The position numbers and the translations under genes are program-made. A stretch of 64,000 nt of DNA, taken from the NCBI GenBank assembly GCA_030324005.1, contig JARDVH010000042.1, positions 32,130,659 through 32,194,658 of the forward strand, written 5' to 3'. The stretch is from Negaprion brevirostris (lineage: Eukaryota). The notes beneath the pieces were generated by a model. That model worked only from the letters and a program-made list of their open reading frames with translations, was not told the DNA's origin and made no database searches. Positions 1 to 11,480 of this stretch are shown here, one piece after another; the first letter of the stretch is position 1; each line of letters opens with the position of its first letter.

Positions 1-589
1 AGTGCCAGAATGCTTCTGGAGCTGGCTTCAGGAAAGACACTAATGGATATCTAACCCATTGATCGTCAGCCTTGCTGAGAGAGGAGCACCTCATCAGATG
101 GCTGGAAGGTTAAATGTGATGGAAAGCAGCCATGGTGGAAAGGACTAGGTGCAGCACAGATGCTGATGCTAGTTAGCCCCATACATTTGAATACATATCA
201 ACAGAAAGAAATGAACTCTGCCCCACTGGCGAACCAGATAGATGTGCCCAGGACTGTTCGAGCTTGCCTAAAGAAACACTGAAAATTGCAATGCCAAATG
301 GATATGTTCTTTAACAAGCTCCCTAAGGAACTTAAAGGGCTGTTAACTGGTGGCGACCACCTTTCAAGCTCCCTCCATTCGCCAACTCTTTGAAGAAACA
401 AAATTGTCCCAAAGGTGTTGCGATCTTGAGATAATCTCCAGGACTGTAATTTTGAATTCCCACCCACACAGCTGCTAGCTCTGAGAACTTTTGAAACTCC
501 AATCCAAGGAAGGAGAACAGGCCAAGGGTCAAATAAATTGTTCCATTTACTTTATAGTTACTGGATTCTTTATAGTTACACAGAAGTAC

Positions 590-1095
590 ATTGAGTGATC
601 AGCACATAGACAGGCCATTCAGTTCAACTAGTGTTTATAAACTACATAAGCATCCTCCCACTCTTTAGCTCAGCTCAGCCTTTTAATGTATCTTTCTATT
701 CCTTTTTCTGTCATGTGCCTTTTGAAAGCATTGAAGCTCTTTGTCTCAGCCACTTCCAATAGTATTGTCTGAACAGAAAAAGAAACTCCTATTACCCTAT
801 TGGATTTATTAATAAGTACCTTGCACTTATGGCTCCTGGTTTTGAATTTTCCCATAAGTGGAAACATTCTCTCCTAAACTAGTCTATCTAACCTATTGAT
901 AACTTTAACCAAATCTCCTCCAAGTCTTCTCTTTTCTGAAGGAAAGAAACCCCAAATTGTTCAATCTTTCCTCGCCATTGTAACCTTTCAGTTCTGACAG
1001 AATCGTTGTTAAAAAAGTGCATATTCTCCAGCATTCCTGTATCCTTTATATGGAATGGAGACCAGAGCTGTGCACAATACTCCAACAGTGGCTAG
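590..1095 (-). mobile_element. CR1 LINE 3' fragment (decayed)
   Basis: Minus strand translates to EYCAQLWSPFHIKD...REDLEE and EVAETKSFNAFKRH, the typical CR1 ORF2 C-terminus, followed by 3' UTR. Confidence 0.85.
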
Positions 1096-1304
1096 TTTAA
1101 GTCTTGCTTCTTAATCTACTCGTCAATTTTCTAAATGTTACACTTTTTCACTGGCATTCAGGGTGCACATAGTTCAGTGAATTTGTATCATACACCAACA
1201 TCTAAGTGCTTCCATGCACATTCCTTCCCAGAAAGAGCAACTGTGATATGAAGCAATGGAATTTGATACAAATGGATAGTTACATTTCCACATTGTAAGC
1301 CAAC

Positions 1305-1702
1305 TGATTTGATTTGATTTGATTTATTATTGATTTATTATTGTCACATGTATTAATACACAATGAAAAATATTGCTTCTTGCATGCTCTGCAGACAAAG
1401 CATACCTTTTATAGAGAAGGAAAGGAGAGAGTGCAGAATGCAGTGTTACAGTCATAGCTAAGATGTAGGGAAAGATTGACACTGTGCAAGGTAAGTCCAT
1501 TCAAAAGTTTGATGGCAGCAGGGAAGAAGCTGTTCTTGTGTCAGTTGGTACATGACCACAGACTTTTGTATTTTCCCGATGGAAGGAGGTGAAAGAGAGA
1601 ATGTCCTTAATTATGCTGGCTGCTTTGCCAAGGCAGCAGGAAGTATAGAAGATGTCATTGGATGGGAGGCTGGTTTGCATGATGGATTGGGCTACAATCA
1701 TG
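1305..1702 (-). mobile_element. Rex1/Babar LINE 3' fragment
   Basis: AQSIMQTSLPSNDIFYTSCCLGKAASIIKD on the minus strand; (TGATT)n tail at 1305-1325. Confidence 0.8.
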
Positions 1703-2154
1703 ACCTAGTAACTTCACTCCTGACTTGTCTCACCTGAAATGGAACATCCCAGTCTTGAACAATCTTTGTCAAGATCTACAAGTTAGCAACTTACTGCAAG
1801 GAAGAAGACAAAAGAATGAGGATGTTCAACCTCCCTACTTTGCTTTCTCTTGTTAGTTCAGATGAGTTTATATTAAACAGTTTGCAAAAGGTTTGACTTG
1901 CTGCTTGCTATCTGTGTCCTCACACATGCTGACCATCCTATCACCATTATTTTCCTCCCTGTTGGCTGTGCTGTCTCTAATGTTTTCCTGTTAGGCTAGC
2001 CTAGTGCTGCTGCCCCCTTCCTGTAGCTAAACATATCCACACTAATAAAGGTTTCCTCATACCACGCTCCCTTTCCCCACCAACCAGCCTTTGCTCACAT
2101 CCTTTAATGGCATGTCTTGATTCAGCAAAATAAAGCTCCTTCCAACACTTTGAT

Positions 2155-2275
2155 TCCATAGGATGCAGAAAAAGCAATTTGGCCCATTGAGTTTGTACTG
2201 ACTGCATGATAGACTACCTTTCTCAGGCCCTCACCCCCACCCTATCCCTGTAACCCCACACCCATCCCGACACTG
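2155..2275 (-). mobile_element. HE1-type SINE 3' fragment
   Basis: Similar to the reverse complement of the 3' half of the HE1 copies elsewhere in the window. Confidence 0.6.
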
Positions 2276-2894
2276 GGGGAAGAAGAGAACCCAGCTCAAT
2301 GATGTTTAAAGAAAGGGAGAAGGGAATTTTTAAACCGAACATATGAAACAGACATATGTATATAATGTTCGGACTGATTTTTAGATTTTGTTAAGTTCCT
2401 TTTAACCACAATGCAACACACATACATTTGTTAAAGCTTCAGGAATTCTTTGGCATTATACAAATACAACAAAATTCTTAGGAACTTCTCAAGGTTACAA
2501 AGTAGATTAAAGATTGTAAGGTATGGTCTAAGTTTGCAGTGATGTGCCAAAGATTAGAAAAAGTGGATGGTGGGAATTAAATTACTTCAGTGAGAGTTCT
2601 TAACAAATTTCATTTCAATCACCGGAATAGATCAAGGGAGAGAGAGTAACATTTGAACAAAACAACTGCAAAAAATACCAAAAGGAATACTGTACCAGAA
2701 AGAGGAAAGCAGAGAATGGTAAAAAGCCACCGAAGGAGGTGGCTGAAAAGTATTTTCTTTCATGGGAGAGCATAACTTTATTTAGTACTTGCCTGGGTAT
2801 CCAGCTGGAGGTAGTTAGATCATAGGATCCAGGTGCCATTGCCTTGTTTTTCCAGGAAGCTTTCCAGGAGAGTTTCCAGATTCCGGTTTATGTC

Positions 2895-3200
2895 TTAGAA
2901 TCATTGAATGATTACAGGCCATTTGGCCCAACACATTTGCACTGGCTCTCCCAATGAACAATTCACCACCTTCTCACTGTAACCTGTATTGACTTTTCAG
3001 ATAATTATCTAATTTCCTTTTGAATGTCTCAATTGAACCTGCCTCTACCGTAACTTCAAGCAGCACATTCCAGATCCTAACCACTTGCTGTGTGAAAAAG
3101 TTTTTCTTCATGCCGCCATTGCTTCTTTTTTCAATAACTGTAAATCTGTGCCTCTCATTCATGATCTTTTCATAAGTATAAAATAAGTGATAGCCATTGA
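2895..3200 (-). mobile_element. CR1 LINE 3' fragment
   Basis: KKNFFTQQVVRIWNVLLEVTVEAGSIETFKRKLDNYL is the CR1 ORF2 end. Confidence 0.85.
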
Positions 3201-3224
3201 CTGATCCATGCCTCAAGATAATAC

Positions 3225-3770
3225 CTTGACCAATCAGAGTCAAACTGCCTGATTTAAAATTTTCAAACAATGCTTAGCAGTTAACTGTCAGTCACCATTA
3301 ACTGATGCATGTTCCATGGCAACACTTCTACCAATCAGAATCCACTTACCAACCAATCAGCACTCTCCTCTCATGTGGTATAAAGTTGTTGCTTCCCTTG
3401 ACATTGGTATTTTGTGATTGTCCTGATGAGTAAAGGCACAAAGTTTTGACAAGATGTCTTTTTTCAGCAATACCCTATTACCAAACGATTATTAGTAGAC
3501 GTTTTGGTTTGGGCTTTATAAGGATGGATTGGTTGAGTACAAACTAAATTTTGCCTAATATGAACAATTGAAGGAACATTCTGTTTGATTCAATCAGCTA
3601 ATCACTGGGACGCATAGCTTATCTACCTGGCATGGCAACAGCACTGAAATTAATACATGATGTTGCTCAATTGTGTGGTAGGCAGAATGTCTTTTTGGAC
3701 TGACAGCAGCATCCTGTTAGTGGAAAAAATAGCAATTAGTGGCAACACTTCATAATGAATAAATAATTGA
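3225..3770. mobile_element. Penelope-like element fragment: terminal repeat (+) joined to an inverted GIY-YIG coding piece (-)
   Basis: Minus strand FSTNRMLLSVQKDILPTTQLSNIMY precedes the GIY-YIG domain; plus-strand 3230-3470 matches the 3' end of the 43410-44075 copy and carries a CTGATGA hammerhead-like core. Confidence 0.7.
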
Positions 3771-3974
3771 ATATTTATTTTGATAAAACACAGATGGTGC
3801 ATAGGTTGCCAACAGTCTGGGAGAATATTACCAGTGGGGTCCCACAGGAGTCTGCCTTCTCCTCCCCCTCCCAAGGTCACCATCACCACAGATGCCAATC
3901 GTCGGCCAATTTGATTAATTCCCACATGGCACCAAGAAATAACTGAGTCACTGAACACAACAAAGAAAATGAGC

Positions 3975-4995
3975 CTTTACAAAATCCTGGCTGTGGTGCT
4001 GAAGACCTTGCTTCAGATCTAGCTCCAGCATGAACCAAGCCAGTGCAATTCAGCCACAACACAGATATTTACCCAGAAAGGTGGAAAATTGTCATGGTCT
4101 GTCCTGTAAACTTAAATAGGACAAATTCAATGTCCCGCAAAATTGAAGTCTATGGGAATCAAGGGGGAAAACTTTTTACTGGCTGGAACCATACCTGGCT
4201 TAAAGAAAGATGGTTGTCATCATTGGAGGCCAATATCTCAGCTTAATGTCATTGCTGCAAGAGTTCATCGGGGTAGTTGTCCTATATCCAAATGTCTTCA
4301 GCTATTTCATGAATATCCTTCATTCCATCCTAAAAATAGAACAAGGTATATTCATTGATGATTTTACAGTGCTCATCTCCACTTGCAATTCCTGAGATAA
4401 CAATGCATTTAATGCCCACATGAAGCAAAACCTAGACAAGTTCCAGATTTGCGCTGATAAATAATGAGCAACACATATATCAGACAATGGCCATCTCTAA
4501 CAAAAGCAAATTCAACTGTCTCTCTTTGATATTCAAAAGCATTACTATCACTAGGTAATACACCAACAACATCTATTGACAAGAAACTCAACTGTATCGG
4601 CCACAGAAATGTTCTGCCTACTAAAGGTGGACAGAGGCTGAGAACCTTTGACAAACGGCTCACCTCTCATGCTAACTGCCAATTAAGATTGAGGAAGCAT
4701 CTTACAAATATGTGACTTCCATCACCTAGAAGGGCAAGGGCAACAGATGCAAAATATAATTGCCCACAAGTTTCCACAAAGTGACATACCATTCTACCTT
4801 GGGTATATATTGCCATTATTTTATCATTGTTGGATCAAAATCCCAAAACTTCCTACCTAACAGCATTATGGGAGCACCTTCACTATTAGGATTGCAGGGT
4901 TCATGAAAAAGACCTGCTACCACCTTTGCAAGGACAATTCAGAATGAGTAATAAATGCTGAACTTGCTGGTAAAGCATATAGTCCAAGAATGGAT
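3975..4995 (+). mobile_element. CR1-group LINE (second family) 3' fragment
   Basis: DIYPERWKIVMVCPV and IFIDD RT motifs; tail AATAAATGCTG; homologous to 60770-63380. Confidence 0.75.
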
Positions 4996-5229
4996 TCAAA
5001 AATATAGTCATGGAATAAATTGCATGAAAGAAACAATGCCAATTATAGAGACAGACAGCAAATAAACAGACAGTTAAGTTACTGAGAATTTATTTAAAAT
5101 ATTTTTAAATAAGTAATGAACTCAAGAAATTGTTAAGATTTTCTAAGTAGCACAAAATTGTATTAGTAGTTTTTGATTTGAACGTCCTATAATAATGTAA
5201 ATTTTATTCAATTACCTTGGGTAGTAAAG

Positions 5230-6430
5230 CAATATATATGCAATCTATAACTGGGTATTATTTATAGCACAACATTAACAACCATGGCAATATATTCACA
5301 CCATCATTTATAACAATTATAACAATTTATAACAATTAGTGTTGCTTAAACTATTTGAATTATCAGTCATTCAAATGCAATATTTGTAATAATTGCAGTT
5401 TAATTCAGAATTGAAGCCATATTATAGGAAATGACCAGTGTTTATTATAGTTATTATTTTAATGTTTTGAGTAGAGATCTTTTAGTGATAGCAACCAAAG
5501 TAACATAATAGAATCATGGAGTATTGTTTAAATAATTGCTATATTATTGATAGCAATTGGAGTATTATTTATAATTATTGTTCATAAATTATTTGGAGTA
5601 TAATTTATGATAGCCATATTGTTATATATTGTAAGTGGGGTAAAACTTACAGTAAACACATTATATGTCATCATGAGAGCAACATTCTAATAAATGCAGT
5701 AGGATTGATATTTCCAACAGTATTATTGGTAATTTCTTAATGAATAATAACAGCCTCATTTTGCCAAAATAATTTACAGTAACTGGAGTGTTATATTGAC
5801 AGCATCATTTCTAATACAATATTAGAATTTTTTGTGAATAGTGCTATCTACAATAGTGTTAATAGAGTATATTGATAACTACAACATATTTTCTAGTAAC
5901 TACAGTATCATTCATAACTGCAGTATAATTTTAGCAACAATAATATTTTAGCAACTGCATAATTTTAGTAACCACTGTATAATGATAGTATAATTTATAC
6001 ATGTAGTATCACTAGTATAATTTCTGTATTATTTTCTAGCAACCATCGGTAATAGTTTAGCAACTTCAGTACCATTCATAACAACAACAATACCTTAGTG
6101 ACTGATTGCGTTAACAACAGTAACTAGTCATTTTAACTGAATTATCGTTTCAATACCAGGGCATCAATGACAGTATTTATTGTATTACTACAGTGGAGCT
6201 ACAGTATGATTTATTGTTATATTGTTATCTTAAAAACTTAATTGTCATTTTAACTAACCTTACTAACCAGCTAATTATTTAGAACTACAGTGTTGTTTTA
6301 GTACCTACCAAATCATATATAAATGACGCATTATTTATTCGCTATTTTGTTATTGACTTCCGTAACAGTAGTTTTTTTTATTAATGCTGTATTATTTATA
6401 AACATAGCATCAAGTTGGTAACTGCAGTTC
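5230..6430. repeat. AT-rich, highly degenerate short-period tandem array
   Basis: Recurring TAG(C/T)AAC, AACT(A/G)CAGT and ATAATTTTAG words, clearest at 5880-6080. Confidence 0.55.
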
Positions 6431-6439
6431 TCTTTGTGG

Positions 6440-9400
6440 TAAATGCAACATTTAATCCTGATACAGCCTAACACCGTAGCCATGTAGCTGTTAACATGAT
6501 GGTTGATTGCCTTTCTCCTCCATACATTCCGATGTTCACATTAAAACACATGTCAAAACACACATTCTTCCATCAGGAAAGCAAAGCCTGGCGGTGGCAA
6601 GTATCTGAGTGCGGACGCATGCCCTAAGAATTGTGTTATGGAGAAATGATGTAATCTTGCCTATTCACAATGTGGCCTGGGAGAATAAATCCAGTATAAG
6701 AGCATTGTTTGACAGATCCGAGTGAAGGAATGTGCCATTGATTTGTAGTAACACTTATGTCCTAATCTCACTCACACGAGAGAGGAAATTCCTGCTAAGT
6801 GTTAGTTATTGGGTGTTCAGAAGGAAGGAGCCTGTATGAATCATGCAAGTCCTGAAACAGGGAACTTGGTGAAGACAGGACACTTATTTTTCCTCGAAGT
6901 GTTTGCAGGAGCCAAGTCCAATGCGTTTTCCTTTTTTTAACGTTCTTATATGGGGAATCCTCCTAGCAATAAAGAGATTGGTGAAACTTGTTTTAAATGA
7001 GTTAAACAAACGAAATGCGGCGCATGCTGTTAAACCATCGGTTCAAAGGGAAAGCAAGGGAAATCATTCCTGCCCAGTTCCATAGCTTTTCGAAATTTTG
7101 GTAACTTTTGTTTCAATTTGATCAATTTGTTAAAGGGCGAAACTCATCAATTATGGACGGCGGCTACGAAGAAAGTCCATTAGAGAGAGAAAAGGCGAAG
7201 TCACATTGGAAAACAACATAGAATTCAAATAAAGACGCATCTGTCTGGATTATTAAAATGGGAGAAATAGTCACTAAACTGAGCCGGTTCAGCGATGAAT
7301 CAGTTAAAATTAAAAAGCTCAATTATTAAAAATGTTCTTTAAAATGACGAACCACTGTTCTTATACAATAGACAGTATCAATTATCCCCATTTAATGAGT
7401 TTAGAAAGAGCTTCACTTTCCTGATCCAATGTAAAATATGCATCAAAAGTGTTAATAGAAAGTCTTAACAACTGAGACCATCTGAATGCCTCCATTCCGC
7501 AATCGCAAGTTTGCGCGTCTCATCTAAAGGTAGAAACTAATAAAGAGTTTAAACTGTATTCATTTCGTTTTGATTGCGGTCATTTTAAATATCGGACAGC
7601 GCTATTTTATAAACCTTGTGGAAAGATCTAGTAGCGAATATTTTAAAAATCATAAATCCCATTTTCAGAATTCAGTGGACGGCGTGAGAGAGAGTGAGTG
7701 TCAAATGGCCAGTTTCAGCTGGGAACCAATGACCGCCCAAACGCAATGAAATCTCAATTGATAGCAGCACTTGAAATAATCGTTAAATATAGTTGATTAA
7801 AAGGAATGCGAACTTTCATTCTCTTTGCATTTCGCTGTCAGCACGCCATGCGCTTTAAATATATAAAATGATGGTGTTATTTGAACGGAGACTAATTTAG
7901 GCAGAGGGTTCCTCTGTTACCAAGAGCGAGTCTTCAACATTGGAAAGTGCACACTCTGCCCTTCTCTTACCCTCTGACCTTAATTGTAATTCGTCTCTCT
8001 AAAATAAGATCCGAAAGGGACCTTTTCACTATAATGGCGTGTTGCATGTCCTTTTTAAATGGTAACATCTTGTCGGATTGCCCTGTGAGAACTTTTTTTT
8101 TGTTTACCCGCACTCGCGATTAAAACGAGCAACGCTGCACAACCTTATAGAAAGTGGAATAGTTCAAAATGCGACGTCCCTTTCTCTGAAATTGAATCTT
8201 TTATTTCATTAATAGAAACATTTTGGAAACACCTCTCTACAATGACTTTTCCCCCTTAAATTCAAGCGGGATGCTCTCTCTAAAGACATGAAAGGATTTG
8301 GAAATTGCTGCTATTTCGTTATTTTGTTATTTCGATGCGGCCTGTTTTTGACGCCATTATTTCTCTTTGCAACAATAGGGACTCTGGCTAACTGTGTCCC
8401 GGCTCATTCAGTCTTCTGTGTGGTCCCCCTTCCCATCAGCACAACAGCTTCACAGCTCCAACGGTAGACAGCCCGATAAGTTTCCACCACTTTTCCACTC
8501 CCATGTTACCAGGACTGAATATCATGTGAGCTCGATTTTTTAAACAATCCCCGGTTTTGAACCAAAAAAAAGCAGAATAAAATGTTCACAGGCCGTTTGA
8601 GGATAGTTCCTTGAGCGTTTTGTTCAGATGACTGAGGGAATTGTAATTAAAAAGTGAACAAAATAATCTCATATTGTGGGCCAAACCTTACGACAAGAAA
8701 AGTTCACCAACTTATTTAGGCGCTTAATTTATTTCAAAATTGCAACAATGACAAACAAAAATAAACATGCACAATAAGAATCTTTTATTTTGGAAGAAAA
8801 GGGCAATGGAGATGAATGGAAGGTCAGATATTAATATTAGGGGTGAGAAGGCTGATCGTTGTATACTTGCCCCGTGTTAAAAAATAAATCACCCCCAAAA
8901 AAGGGGTCAACGCAATGTACCTTGCTTTAACAGCTGAAGTTAGTTTGAAAGCGCGGCCATCAACACGTATAATCTCTTAGCTGAGTCCATTTAAAAGCGG
9001 TACACAGAGGTTAATTCAGCAATCCGAATGAGTTTGAATCAATTCACTGCACCGTCTCAATTCTCATTGAGATGAAAGCCAGGGAACCTCTCGCCAAAGT
9101 TTACCAGCAAAACCCTCCAGAGATCAGCCGACTGTGGCGGATTATAGCATGTTCATCTGCTGGACCTCCAACAGGACAGGCAAACTGAAAAGAAAAACAA
9201 TAATTAGGGATAATTGCTTGTGTCCAAACATGAGCATTAAAGAGCCCTTTGGTACTTGGAGGCGGAATGAAAGAGACACCCCCTGTTTTGACAGCTGGGA
9301 AGCGAACATAATTCGTGACAGGCGAAGTGAAACGTCTTCAAACGTGAATACAAAGGGGAAAATGGGTGCTGGACAAGCGGAGGGAATGGAGACAGAGGCA

Positions 9401-9880
9401 GGGCGATCCGTACCGACCCGCAACAGGAGGATGAACCCAAGACAAAGGCAATTGTCCCAAGGAGATGGACCTTCAGAAAAGACGCTCCGGTTCAGATAGA
9501 TGAATGGGAGAGTTGGAAGAAAACGCAGTTATAGATGTGCGAGATTCTAGCGTTTGTGGTAATGGGAATATCTATCAATATACCTGCGGAAAAAGTTATT
9601 ACTACCGTATTCCCTCATAAATCTCCAACGTGGTATGTTGTATTAAAATATCACCCGCAAGCTAATTATTGCCCTTTTGAGGGCAGGGAAATGTTTAACA
9701 ACAGATTCCGATCTTTATTCCTATCCGCTGTCCATTATAGAGCACTGAGTTCATTTAACTAACCTATTGACTTCATAAGTGTATTAAAACGCTATCTCTC
9801 CGCAGGCACTGCGGAGAGATTATATTACTGAAGTGTAATTCAGCGAAAAAAAGCGAGTTCAAATTCCCCCATGAGCATTT
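6440..9880. promoter_or_regulatory. Transposon-free, CpG-retaining island (candidate non-methylated regulatory domain)
   Basis: CpG visibly frequent (GCGCGTC, CGCACTCGCGA, GCGCGGCC) against a CpG-depleted window; no recognisable repeat; no recognisable protein. Confidence 0.55.
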
Positions 9881-9914
9881 AATAATTTGATTTTAAAAAT
9901 CGGACTTTCTTTTG

Positions 9915-10150
9915 TCAAAAGCTGGCACCAGTGAAAGTGATCATGGAACTGTTGGATTGTTTTAAACGCTCAGTTGGTTCGCTGCTGCCTCTTAGGACGT
10001 ACTGTCCTTGTCTGGTCTATATGTGACTCCCATACCTCTACTGACTCTTCACTGCTGTCTGAAGTGTCTCAATTCCGGTGTATGAATCTTTGTTATGGGG
10101 ATGGGCAATAGATCCCGGCCTTGCTAAAGGAATTGCCACATCTCAAGGAT
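9915..10150 (+). mobile_element. Old SINE fragment sharing the GGGCAATAAATGCTGG-type tail with the second CR1-group LINE
   Basis: GTCTGGTCTATATGTGACTCC...GACTCTT core and GGATGGGCAATAG tail; related copies at 15565-15700 and 42790-43112. Confidence 0.55.
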
Positions 10151-10544
10151 GAACTTTTAAATCTCTAAACTGGTTTCTAGTTTTTATTTTTTAGAAAGGG
10201 TCAATTTAGTTTTCATCAGATTTAGCCTCAATCCAGTATATTCTGTGTGCATAATTCCGTACTTGACTATTTCTATCTTGGCCAAGTAACCCTAAATGAC
10301 CCTGCCCTTTAGACCCAAGTTTTTAAATCCAGAGTAGCTAGCATGCTGGTGGATGCTGCCACTAACTTCTGATACTTATTTTCATTTTAAGAAATGACCC
10401 AGCTATACAGAGGTGTTGTTATCTTGGTAGATCAATAACTTAAAAAAAAAATCAAACTTCCTGAAAAGAATCATGTTGTAAAATTTTTCCTTTAACAGGC
10501 TGAACTTTTCACTCTTAACACAACCAAAAAGCCATTTAGCCATT

Positions 10545-10883
10545 GGGTGGCACGGTAGCACAGTGGTTAGTACTGCTGCTTCACAGCTCTAGGGACCTGT
10601 GTTCGATTCCTGGCTTGGGTCACTGTCTATGTGGAGATTGCACATGTCTGTGTGGGTTTCCTCCGGGTGCTCTGGTTTTCTCCCACAGTCCGAAAAATGT
10701 GCGGGTTAGGTTGATTGGCCATGCTAAAATTGCCGCTTAGTGTTTTGAGATGTGTAAATTAGAGGGATTAGCAGGTAAAATATGTAGGGATATGGGTGTA
10801 GGGCCTGGGTGGGATTGTTGTCAGTGCAGGCTCAATGGGCCAAATGGCCTCTTTCTGTACTGTAGGGTTCTATGATTCTATGA
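10545..10883 (+). mobile_element. HE1-type tRNA-derived V-SINE, full length
   Basis: Pol III A box (TAGCACAGTGG), B box (GTTCGATTCC), V-domain GGTTTCCTCCGGGTGCTC, (TTCTATGA)n tail. Confidence 0.92.
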
Positions 10884-10949
10884 AGAGACATTGCTTATCC
10901 CTGGAAGCGATCCTTACACTTTGGGAATGAGAGCAAAGATTTGAGGCAA

Positions 10950-11480
10950 CGCGTACTAACAGAGAATGAGGGAATCTTGGTAACTTCCAGGAAAGTGAGT
11001 GCAAACATGCAGGAAGATCCTGTTCACAGAGTGGAAACCCTGCCTACTGATCAATCTTATTGGCCTGTTGTGGGGAAGCTTGAGGGCCACCGATGATGTT
11101 CTGATAGTTCTGCACCCAGGGGAACCCAACAATGGCAGCAAAACCCATTGTTCTCTGTTACTATATGGCCCCATGTGTCTGGAAATGAATATACTGTCCA
11201 GGTTTTGCAAATAGAGCATCAGTGATCTGTGAGAGGCAGTGGAGCATACCCATTTGTGAAATGCCAGCAAGTTTCACAGCCGACCTTTGGAAGGAGCCAG
11301 AGGCAAAGAGGTTCAAGGCTACAGTAAGTTTGACTGTTGTGGCAGGGAAGTGTCCTCAGGGCTGCAAGGTTTCACATTCATGGCATTGAGAACCTGGTTA
11401 TCTGTGACTATTGGCCTGGAGAGTGACAGTCTCCTGCAGTATTGGCTCTTGCTCACTTACAGGTATTTCACGATCCTAGG
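10950..11480 (-). pseudogene. PIF/Harbinger DDE transposase relic (HARBI1-like family)
   Basis: Frameshifted minus-strand pieces: QYCRRLSLSR, VKLTVALNLFASGSFQ, LAGISQ..HCLSQITDALF, VALKLP..ISRQGFHSVN, FLHVCTHFPGSYQDSLIL. Confidence 0.85.

Noticed and set aside
9134-9499. 121-aa ORF in the CpG island as a host gene
   Set aside because: No recognisable domain, GTG start, no convincing splice context
10545-10620. tRNA gene
   Set aside because: The A/B boxes belong to the tRNA-derived head of an HE1 SINE repeated about ten times in the window
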